Source: a virus (lineage: Duplodnaviria; Caudoviricetes). From it: DNA of 34,377 bases. Position 1 is the stretch's first letter. The number at the start of each line of letters is the position of its first letter. The DNA lies in the IMG/VR virus record IMGVR_UViG_3300031802_000399, positions 1-34,377 of that record. One strand, 5' to 3'. Under the pieces are notes generated by a model, which worked only from the letters and a program-made list of their open reading frames with translations, searched no databases and was not told the DNA's origin. The position numbers were made by a program, and so were the translations under genes. Shown piece by piece: positions 26,386 to 34,377 of the stretch.

Positions 26386-27453
26386 TTATTCTAATGTGTT
26401 ACCAATAGAATATTGTGGATCATATGGTGTTAGGTTTACAGTGAACGGTGTAGAGACCGTTGTAGTTGTAGTACAAGTTTGATTATTTAACCTGCGTTCT
26501 TTTACTTCTATTGTAGTTGTACCGTCAACAGCAGTACAAATAGCCGAATTATCTAATGTTACTTTAATATGGAATTTATCTCCAGTAGTGCTTAACATTC
26601 CATATATCCTTAATCCAAGAGATGCATATCCTCCATATGAAGCATAACATCCAGTACCATAGGTACCATAACTACCATAAGCACCCGAACCCGAACCACT
26701 AGTGAATAATAGTGTCCATTCTGCCGCACTTAAATTAGTAGGATCTCCTACGATGCAATCATAAAAACCTTTATTTGTTGATGTACCGCCTGTACCGGTT
26801 TGTGTTGTATTATCTAAAGTAATCGCAACTGAACCCATTTGACTAAAAAGAGTAACCCATTGTCCATATGCTACTGTAGTGCCGGCTGCACCAGAACCAG
26901 ATATTTGATGTTGGCCACCTGCATTAAAAAAGTATCGTGCTTTATCATATGAAGTAAAAGCTACATCAAAAACACAATCTATTATTGCAGTAGCGGCCGG
27001 TCCTGTACCCCATGCTGTTGTTCTAGCTGTTGTAGATGTGCCGTTGCCGGCTGCACTAGGACTTGTAAGAGTTTGTTCGGTAGTATCCATATTATTTTTA
27101 TTAGTAATTAATAAATCTAATACGCTATCTACTGTTGTCCAATCTGCGGCAGTAATTAATTGATGTTGATCAACATATGTTAAATTTGAAGGTGTATTGT
27201 TTGTTATGTCTACGCCAATATTGGCACGACAAATGATAGCGTTTAATTGTTCGTCTGTAATTAATTCGCTTATTGAAACAGGAGTGACAGCGGTACCACC
27301 CCATCCAAACTTATAGTTCGCAATGGTAGCTGCGTTTGTTACCGGATTTACCGGGGTTGCTCCTGAATAAATGTCGTCGTATACTTTGTTAATTAGCGCG
27401 GCTAGTGCATTATAATCAGCAGCTGTTATTAGGCTACTTACTGCAATCGTCAC
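26386..27453 (-). CDS. Putative virion structural (tail-associated) protein
   Basis: Thr/Gly/Ala-rich, repeated LITAAD motif, ARYFFNAGG motif. It follows the fibre-like gene directly. Confidence 0.7.
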   Translation of the reverse strand: MTIAVSSLITAADYNALAALINKVYDDIYSGATPVNPVTNAATIANYKFGWGGTAVTPVSISELITDEQLNAIICRANIGVDITNNTPSNLTYVDQHQLITAADWTTVDSVLDLLITNKNNMDTTEQTLTSPSAAGNGTSTTARTTAWGTGPAATAIIDCVFDVAFTSYDKARYFFNAGGQHQISGSGAAGTTVAYGQWVTLFSQMGSVAITLDNTTQTGTGGTSTNKGFYDCIVGDPTNLSAAEWTLLFTSGSGSGAYGSYGTYGTGCYASYGGYASLGLRIYGMLSTTGDKFHIKVTLDNSAICTAVDGTTTIEVKERRLNNQTCTTTTTVSTPFTVNLTPYDPQYSIGNTLE

Positions 27454-27454
27454 G

Positions 27455-28528
27455 TTACTTTACTCCCACAATTATCTCAATGAGACCCTCTTCTTCTGTA
27501 TCTTTATTAACTAAACTTCGACCTATTACTGTTTCCCAAGTGATTGGACCATCAGCATGCCAAGCTATTGCTTTGGCTACACCTGGTACATCACTAGTGA
27601 TTAATCTATCTCCCTTATTAACTTTGCCTATTACTCTAGCACCAACACGACCTGATAGTGCTACAAACGGATGTGACATATCATCTCCAGCGCCTGCATT
27701 CATTTCGAAAGCAGGATGTTCTGATATAACTCCAAGTACTGTGCCATCTTTTGCTGTAGTACTCTTTGTAATTTCACATTCGCCACCAAGACAAACAATG
27801 TCACCAGGCTCTAAGCAGCAATCCGCTGCAAATCTTTCTGCCAAGTCAGCATATTCAGCTGAAGTAGCAGTACCGCGGAATTTAAAACCTTCCGAGGAAG
27901 ATGAAGCCGGCGTTACTGAGTTTGTCATGTTTACGCCTTTGTTAATTGTAGGAAATTCAGATACAACTGTTGTTGTACCGTCTGTTTGTACTTCTGTTGC
28001 TTTTGGTATCCATGGACCTGCGTCACCGTTCATAATAGTAACATATTTTTTATTATGAAATGTAACAATACATTCATGTGTAACATCTAATGTATCAATT
28101 ATTTTTATCAGTTGAACGCTAGTATTAGTATTACCTACGCCTACTGGTTGCCATGCTGTACCGTTCCAAATATATAATAAAAGGTTAGCAGGTGTAGTAT
28201 CAAACCAAAAATCTCCAACTGTATTGACAGCCCCGGCCGGTGCAGTAGCACTAGCAACTAATTGGCCCAATTCCTTCCAATTACTATTATTATCGCGAAC
28301 TTTAATTTTATTAGTAGTAGTATCAAACCATAATTGACCAATTATTGAATTTGTTGGTTCAGTTAAATTGGCAAAATGTTCTAACATATGAACAAAGTCT
28401 TCTGCTATTTGTTCACCGTAGCCAACATAATTTTTACCAATAAGTTTTATACTAGTGGTACTATCTAAAGTTCCGTCCGCAACAGAAACGAGTAAATCTC
28501 CGTTTCGTTTGTTAATATCATATGCCAT
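27455..28528 (-). CDS. Putative tail fibre/baseplate protein with C-terminal intramolecular-chaperone/autoproteolysis-like domain
   Basis: N-terminal LIGKNYVGYGE…HMLEHFA, repeated G(Q/D)(L/F)WFDT units, and C-terminal YADLAE…GVIS…VALSGRV…KGDRL…IGR. Confidence 0.75.
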   Translation of the reverse strand: MAYDINKRNGDLLVSVADGTLDSTTSIKLIGKNYVGYGEQIAEDFVHMLEHFANLTEPTNSIIGQLWFDTTTNKIKVRDNNSNWKELGQLVASATAPAGAVNTVGDFWFDTTPANLLLYIWNGTAWQPVGVGNTNTSVQLIKIIDTLDVTHECIVTFHNKKYVTIMNGDAGPWIPKATEVQTDGTTTVVSEFPTINKGVNMTNSVTPASSSSEGFKFRGTATSAEYADLAERFAADCCLEPGDIVCLGGECEITKSTTAKDGTVLGVISEHPAFEMNAGAGDDMSHPFVALSGRVGARVIGKVNKGDRLITSDVPGVAKAIAWHADGPITWETVIGRSLVNKDTEEEGLIEIIVGVK

Positions 28529-28563
28529 TTTCTATTTTCCTATTTAATTATAGCAGTTTTTAA

Positions 28564-28571
28564 TATTTATA
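28564..28571 (-). promoter_or_regulatory. T4-like late promoter TATAAATA
   Basis: Exact octamer in the intergenic gap upstream of the fibre-like gene. Confidence 0.65.
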
Positions 28572-29198
28572 TTATCCTACTCTAATTCTTAATGTATAAA
28601 CAATTTGAATTAATCTATTAGCACTTTTTTGTACAGGATGAAATATTACATGTGTTAATAGTAGTCCAGCACCCAATGTAGCTGCTTTACTTTTTAGTCC
28701 TAATTCATCAAATATAAAAGTGTCTTCCATATCAGCCGAATCATCAACAACATCTTGACCTGATGGTTCTGCATAATCTAATGTACATGTAGTAACAACA
28801 TCGGTAAATGTTGTTCCTGCAACATGAGATATAGTTAGAAAATTATCAGCAGGAGCCAAATTGTTTACAGTATCATTTGCATCAATTACTTTAAAATATG
28901 TTTTATTATATAAATCATCTGTACTAATATTAACATTGGGTGATTTATATGTAACAACTCCTGCTCCTGATACAGTAGTACCTCCATTACCTAAATGCAT
29001 TTCATAAATGGTATTGGCTGTAGATGCTGTGCCTGAAATTAACAATGATGCTAATGCACTAGCAATAGCCTGACTGAAATTTTCAGCATGTACAGCATTA
29101 TGTTTATTAACAAATATGTCGCCCGAATTCGGATCCCATATTTTAATATAACCATCTACACCTATTATACTTTCATCGTTAAAAATACTATTTGTCAT
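28572..29198 (-). CDS. Putative baseplate/tail structural protein
   Basis: 208 aa with FIFDELGL…LLTHVIFHPVQKSANR…YTLRI, in a structural gene context. Confidence 0.65.
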   Translation of the reverse strand: MTNSIFNDESIIGVDGYIKIWDPNSGDIFVNKHNAVHAENFSQAIASALASLLISGTASTANTIYEMHLGNGGTTVSGAGVVTYKSPNVNISTDDLYNKTYFKVIDANDTVNNLAPADNFLTISHVAGTTFTDVVTTCTLDYAEPSGQDVVDDSADMEDTFIFDELGLKSKAATLGAGLLLTHVIFHPVQKSANRLIQIVYTLRIRVG

Positions 29199-29223
29199 TT
29201 TTTATATTCTTCCTGATCTATAC

Positions 29224-29231
29224 TATTTATA
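29224..29231 (-). promoter_or_regulatory. T4-like late promoter TATAAATA
   Basis: Exact octamer 25 nt upstream of the ATG at 29198. Confidence 0.65.
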
Positions 29232-29233
29232 TC

Positions 29234-29247
29234 AGTAGTTAACTACT
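29234..29247. repeat. Perfect 14-bp palindrome AGTAGTTAACTACT
   Basis: Read directly from the sequence, between the giant gene's stop and the late promoter. Confidence 0.85.
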
Positions 29248-29250
29248 AAT

Positions 29251-32200
29251 TTATGTATTTGGCCATATTGTACCATCGTCGCCATCATTAATAAATTCTG
29301 CTTCTACGTTTGTACTAGCCTGTAATGTCGCACCTAAATCGTTGAATGCGGTATGTACGTGTAATGTTGCCGGAGTTGTACCTAAACTATTCATATAATC
29401 CCAATAATCAGGTATACCCGGAATTTGTTGTCGGCGGCCATTATCTACTACTTGAGAATTAATAGTATGTGCTCTTGCCGATGTTCCTAATGTTCCTCGT
29501 ACTGCTCCTTTTAATAAATCTCCTCCAGCGCCGCCTGCGCCAGGATCTATTTGCCAAAATTCTATTCTTTCTGTTCCTATCCATACCGAACCAGGTACAT
29601 TAAGTTCTGGATCTGGTTGAGTTAAATCAGTAGCGCCAGACCCTGCAACTATTTCTATTTCTGTATCTAATTGACCCAACGCACTAATTATATGTGTTTT
29701 TCCACCATTATTATCTACTCTATGAAGATGGAAATAATCTAAAGCATCCTTAAACATATGGAAAGTACGTGTGTCATTTGTTATAGTTGAACCTGATAAG
29801 TTAGTTTGTACACGAATATCTACTGCATCATACGGAATAACAGGAACTAATTCTTCTGGATAACATGTTTCCAAAGGTTGTATAAACTTATTACCTTCTA
29901 GAATTTCTTCTATTGTTGCAGGATCTAATCCAAATGTACTTGCATTATAAATTGTATCTAGATATAAATCTTCTAATGCAGCTCTACTTATATCCCATGC
30001 ATGTGTATCAAACCCGCGACAACTATTATCCCATCCTGGTTCTAATAATTGAGAACAGTCACCTCCACTAATTAAATCTTTACACCAATCATCACATCTA
30101 GATGACCGGCCTCTATCCCATTGGGGGTTGCCATCATGATGTACATCCCACGGATTTTGTACTTGAGAATCCCAGCCGCAACCAACACGATCAAATTTAA
30201 TTATTATCTTTTTAGTATCTGAATCTGTAATTGTAAGACATGCAGTTTCTAAATGGCTTTTTATATTAAACACATCTCGTAATTTTGTATGATATGGTTT
30301 AACATCCTTAATATAGTCTACAATATAATCTGCTACTTCTGGTTTATATAAATTAACTTTGACTGAAAGATTTGTATCAATTTTAAGTTGAACATATGTT
30401 GTTTTATGTACCCAATCCAATTGCGGTTGATCTATTAATGCTTGATCTATCATTGCAAAAAACAATCTACCATAGGCGTATTTAAAATCATCTATGAATA
30501 TATCATTCTTTATAGCATTTATAATTTGGAACAATTCAAACTCTGGAAATTTATCCCATTCTATAGCTCCTGCCCATGTACAAATATCCCAGCCGCCGCA
30601 TTCTAAATAACCATCCCAAAGTTTACAACTTAATTCTATTGTTCCTCTTTCCTTTGCAATTAATTTCCAACTTTCTGCTATTGTACATGGTACTTCAGCT
30701 ACATATTGATATATTTCCCATCTACCGCTACCATCTTCTAATACTTTTACAGTATCGCCTATATTGACTGAAAGAAGTAAGTCTTCATCAGATAAATTCT
30801 TTCTAAGAGCTATTACTTTAATAGGTATAGTAGTAGATGAATATGTTGAGGATTCCCAATTTATATATTTCCAATAATCTGCTAAATTATAACTTATTGC
30901 ACCACGAGTTATTGTAGTACCTATTGTTTTATCCCAATCTATTGAACTATCAATAAGATTCATTTCTTTAAGAAGCATATTGGCTTTTTCAATAAAAATT
31001 CTTCGAGCAGTTGTTAAATCTTCATACCAACTTTGTGCTGGACGAACTCTATTACCAATTTGATTTAATTTATGTAAACTTAAATCAGGTACATTACTAT
31101 ATCGATATTCTGTTAATGTACTGGCTGTAGTGTTTACATCTGTTATGTCATATAACCTACTCCATTTAGTAGCATCAAATGTTGCGGCAGCTGCTATAGG
31201 TGTTATTGCTTTATAATAGATACTTGCATTAACTACAACACTTCCTGTACTATAAGCAACACCTACTGTCCAAGCAGTAAAACTTAAAGTTTCTTTTGTT
31301 TTTGCAATCGTTGTTAAACTATCTCGCATTCGTCCATGAAAGAATTCAGGTATAATTTTTGTATCATCACCTTCTGCTATTAGCATAAATTCTGAATGGA
31401 CGTCTTGTTCTTCTCCAAATCGGATCTGGAAGATAGCATCTTTATCTTCAAATGTATCTCCAAAATTAGATATTATCATGGCATGCTTCTCGATAGGAGC
31501 AATCCATGCTAGTCCTAATTTAGATGGATTTTCAATATAAGAAGCAATAGATTTAACACTTAAATTTCGAGATATAATATTAGGAACATCTGTTTTTCCT
31601 TTAACCCAAAAATAGTAATATGTTTCTAGTTGCAAAGTATTGCTATTATATTTTTGTTTTATACTGTATCTGTATACTGTTTCTTCCTCTTCATTAACAA
31701 TTGAAAAAGGTGTACCAGTAATATTAACTCCATTTATTATTGTTCCTGCTTTAGATTCCCAGTCGCTAGGTTCTACAGAAGATTCTACCCATTCATATAC
31801 ATCTATACTTGCACCCGGAAATAATTTACCCCAATTATTACGTTTATATGAATTAGTACTTTGTTCATAGTCAATAAAAACAGCAGTAGAAGTATTCCAC
31901 CAAGTTGTACCTACTTCATTTCTTTCCCAATAATCTCTATCATCAATATTTCCACTACGATCTGTTGAATATGTATAAACTGCTGTATCTAATGTACCTA
32001 TAGTATCAATTTCTCTTTCTGCAATTCCAGGGATAACGCCCTTTATTGGATCATATGTCTCAAATTTTGCTAATTGTTGTTTTGTTTTTGGATTGTAAAC
32101 TTTATTAACATTATTCAATGATCTAGGATTAACTTTATCAATCTTAAATGCTCCGATCCAACTACGCCGTTCTACATCAAAAGATACTCCGTTAAATTTA

Positions 32201-34377
32201 TAAGCAGTATCTAGAGTATATCCTATATCTCCTGCTTTCCATGCATAACGAGAATCTGTTATTGTTGCATTTAATTCTGTTATAGTATCAAACATAACAG
32301 GCATTAAAGGTAATACCTTACCAAATAAAGTATTAGTATCTGTATACGAATCAATATAAAATACAAGTTTAGATTCATCGGCAGGAGTAGACGAAATGTC
32401 GGATGCTAAACTATCTACTTTAAATATACCATCTAAAGTAGGCCGTGTTGTTGTTCCTACAAGTATACAATAATCTCCTACAATTAGATTATGTGCGGCC
32501 GCTGTTGTAACTTCTGCTTTATCTACTGTAGAAACTCCCTTGCCAATCTGTTCTATACTTATGTTTGTATCAAATGCCTTATATACCATGGGTCTACCAC
32601 CTGAAAAATGTGGGGTAGAACTAGACACAATAGTTTTCTTTGCTATCCAGTATACTGGTCTATATGGTTCTGCTGTTTCTGTCCATTGTGATGTAGTAAA
32701 AGTATTACCTACACTTCCTTTTATATCAGTTTGTGCTGTATAAACTTTACCTTCATGACGAACTATATCTCCAACAAGATAATCATTAAATTTATTATAA
32801 GAGTCTAATTCAAATTTACTTGAATCATATAATGTAGGTAAATCTTTTTCATATAAAGTTTGATTTGTTGTCTCATCTAATAAAGGCATTCCCGGCCAAT
32901 ATATACTAGTTGCATTATATTCATCACTTGTTAATGTCGAAAATTCTATACGATCTGTTGGTTTATGTACCCACCTAGGATCACTTTGTGACATAGTAAT
33001 TTTTTCATCATATGGAACTTCATCTTGAGTTATACCGGTTGCTGATATATCCAGAGGAAATTCTATTATTTGTGGATCAAAATCCACTTCGTCTGTTTTT
33101 AATTGAAATTCATATACTAGATTCTTTTCGGTTGCGCCAGCATCTGCCAATTTAAACATCCATTCTTCATTAACTTCTACATCAGTTAATATATTATTAA
33201 TATCTGTACTTCTACCAATATTGGTATTGACGCTAGGAGTACCTGCTTTATGAATTAATCCTTTCCAAAATTCAAATGCGGCATCTTTATTATAAAGTAA
33301 ATCTTTAAGATATGCTTTTGTATTATAACCTAATGTTGCTCTACTTGCATCTATAAGTGCTTGATTTAAAACAGTTTCTTCTGTAGAAAAATATCCTCTA
33401 TCAATATCACTAATTGTTTTTTCAAAGTTAGGAATTAATTTGGTATCTGTAACAACATAACCTGCGCCTTTTGGAAGACCTGTCCAGTCTCCTGTTTTTT
33501 GTCCTATAAACTTTGCTCTCCATATTCTAGAATTAAGTAAAGTATCGTACACAATATCAGCAAAAACTGTATAACGATTAACAGTTATAACATGATCATA
33601 TTCAATTACGTTTAATCGTACAAAAAATAATTCTGTATTTTCTTCAATTGCGGTTATAACAAATTCATATTCACGTGCCGCCGGAGTATCTCCCTGTGAT
33701 ATATTATCTAATCGATTAACATCAATATACTTACTATTAATTCTATTACCGTTTTTGTCAGCAATATTAAATACTTCATTAACTTTACTTACTGCATGAT
33801 CTATAAATCGTTTATCAGCATCCCGGAATATTAATTCTTTATTATGTGGAGAAAGATATACTTCATCGCCTGCAACAAGTGGACTGGTAAATGCCGCATG
33901 CCAACTTACAAAATCACTGGCAGCTCTATTCCAATTGTGATAACCTTCAGTATCATATGATTTATACATAACACCAATACTTTCATAATACCTACCAAGA
34001 TTAATTAGGAAATCATATACGTCTCCTACTTTTGTATATTCTGCGCCGTATGGTATTTTTAATATATTGCCTGTTGTGTTTTTATATTTCGATACTGTAA
34101 CAGTAGGAGAAGTATTTGAAACTTCAACTACATCAAAAGGACCACCTTTATTACTTTCTGTTACAAGGAATGAAGATAAAATAGTATCACCACCGTGTAC
34201 TTCAAATGCTGTTCCATTGAAAATAACACGTACTCCACTTATACTAACTTGTTTTAACGGAGCACTCCTATAAAAATGTACATGAAAATCTTCTTCAGGA
34301 ATAAACTTTTCATTGGTTACTCCTAAAGTATCTACTGCTAATCTGGTAGAATTTTTATCTGTAAAACCTTCTACTTT
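29251..34377 (-). CDS. Giant virion structural protein, probably baseplate wedge-like (5'-truncated by window, >1700 aa)
   Basis: The frame stays open for 136 more codons upstream of the ORF-track Met (KVEGFTDK…FIPEEDF…IPYG…FLINLGRY). Motifs include YDPIKGVIPG, WGKLFPGASIDVYEWVES, VKPYHTKLR, PEELVP and RGTLGT. Confidence 0.8.
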   Translation of the reverse strand, partial: KVEGFTDKNSTRLAVDTLGVTNEKFIPEEDFHVHFYRSAPLKQVSISGVRVIFNGTAFEVHGGDTILSSFLVTESNKGGPFDVVEVSNTSPTVTVSKYKNTTGNILKIPYGAEYTKVGDVYDFLINLGRYYESIGVMYKSYDTEGYHNWNRAASDFVSWHAAFTSPLVAGDEVYLSPHNKELIFRDADKRFIDHAVSKVNEVFNIADKNGNRINSKYIDVNRLDNISQGDTPAAREYEFVITAIEENTELFFVRLNVIEYDHVITVNRYTVFADIVYDTLLNSRIWRAKFIGQKTGDWTGLPKGAGYVVTDTKLIPNFEKTISDIDRGYFSTEETVLNQALIDASRATLGYNTKAYLKDLLYNKDAAFEFWKGLIHKAGTPSVNTNIGRSTDINNILTDVEVNEEWMFKLADAGATEKNLVYEFQLKTDEVDFDPQIIEFPLDISATGITQDEVPYDEKITMSQSDPRWVHKPTDRIEFSTLTSDEYNATSIYWPGMPLLDETTNQTLYEKDLPTLYDSSKFELDSYNKFNDYLVGDIVRHEGKVYTAQTDIKGSVGNTFTTSQWTETAEPYRPVYWIAKKTIVSSSTPHFSGGRPMVYKAFDTNISIEQIGKGVSTVDKAEVTTAAAHNLIVGDYCILVGTTTRPTLDGIFKVDSLASDISSTPADESKLVFYIDSYTDTNTLFGKVLPLMPVMFDTITELNATITDSRYAWKAGDIGYTLDTAYKFNGVSFDVERRSWIGAFKIDKVNPRSLNNVNKVYNPKTKQQLAKFETYDPIKGVIPGIAEREIDTIGTLDTAVYTYSTDRSGNIDDRDYWERNEVGTTWWNTSTAVFIDYEQSTNSYKRNNWGKLFPGASIDVYEWVESSVEPSDWESKAGTIINGVNITGTPFSIVNEEEETVYRYSIKQKYNSNTLQLETYYYFWVKGKTDVPNIISRNLSVKSIASYIENPSKLGLAWIAPIEKHAMIISNFGDTFEDKDAIFQIRFGEEQDVHSEFMLIAEGDDTKIIPEFFHGRMRDSLTTIAKTKETLSFTAWTVGVAYSTGSVVVNASIYYKAITPIAAAATFDATKWSRLYDITDVNTTASTLTEYRYSNVPDLSLHKLNQIGNRVRPAQSWYEDLTTARRIFIEKANMLLKEMNLIDSSIDWDKTIGTTITRGAISYNLADYWKYINWESSTYSSTTIPIKVIALRKNLSDEDLLLSVNIGDTVKVLEDGSGRWEIYQYVAEVPCTIAESWKLIAKERGTIELSCKLWDGYLECGGWDICTWAGAIEWDKFPEFELFQIINAIKNDIFIDDFKYAYGRLFFAMIDQALIDQPQLDWVHKTTYVQLKIDTNLSVKVNLYKPEVADYIVDYIKDVKPYHTKLRDVFNIKSHLETACLTITDSDTKKIIIKFDRVGCGWDSQVQNPWDVHHDGNPQWDRGRSSRCDDWCKDLISGGDCSQLLEPGWDNSCRGFDTHAWDISRAALEDLYLDTIYNASTFGLDPATIEEILEGNKFIQPLETCYPEELVPVIPYDAVDIRVQTNLSGSTITNDTRTFHMFKDALDYFHLHRVDNNGGKTHIISALGQLDTEIEIVAGSGATDLTQPDPELNVPGSVWIGTERIEFWQIDPGAGGAGGDLLKGAVRGTLGTSARAHTINSQVVDNGRRQQIPGIPDYWDYMNSLGTTPATLHVHTAFNDLGATLQASTNVEAEFINDGDDGTIWPNT

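Noticed and set aside
27405-28058. 217-aa plus-strand ORF
   Set aside because: It is antisense to the fibre-like gene, and its composition is typical of a shadow frame.
33967-33969. ORF-track Met as the true start of the giant gene
   Set aside because: The frame continues without a stop to the window edge, so the real start is outside the window.
888-34273. Remaining short opposite-strand ORFs in the track (e.g. 888-1091, 5822-6088, 7242-7592, 13918-14199, 23090-23380, 34067-34273)
   Set aside because: All lie antisense to well-supported genes and lack recognisable motifs.
1-34377. Stop-codon reassignment, tRNA genes, CRISPR array or mobile elements
   Set aside because: Genes tile tightly under the standard bacterial code, intergenic gaps are all under about 85 nt, and I saw no repeat-spacer pattern, cloverleaf, transposase or homing endonuclease motif.

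Overview
This is a strongly AT-rich, densely coded segment that reads as part of a large (jumbo-type) myovirus genome. It starts in the 3' part of a canonical thymidylate synthase gene. It ends in a minus-strand block of tail/baseplate-type structural genes preceded by T4-like late promoter motifs (TATAAATA); the last gene is truncated at the window edge. Between them lies a ~25 kb modification island. It holds eight radical SAM cores in several domain arrangements, a stand-alone SPASM/twitch-like gene, about five glycosyltransferase-like genes, a methyltransferase, a sulfotransferase, a 2OG-Fe(II) oxygenase and a nucleotidyltransferase-cupin fusion. It also holds a compact NDP-sugar operon (decarboxylase/epimerase, dehydrogenase, cupin, aminotransferase, C-methyltransferase). 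My leading hypothesis, which is inference, is a phage-encoded system that builds unusual glycans, tailors them with radical SAM enzymes, and post-translationally modifies virion proteins. Possible substrates are a small late protein with two AGWT motifs, a Tyr-Gly repeat in a tail protein, and a Cys/Trp-Asp cluster in the giant structural protein. I saw no tRNA, CRISPR array or mobile element. All family calls come from motif recognition by eye, not database searches.
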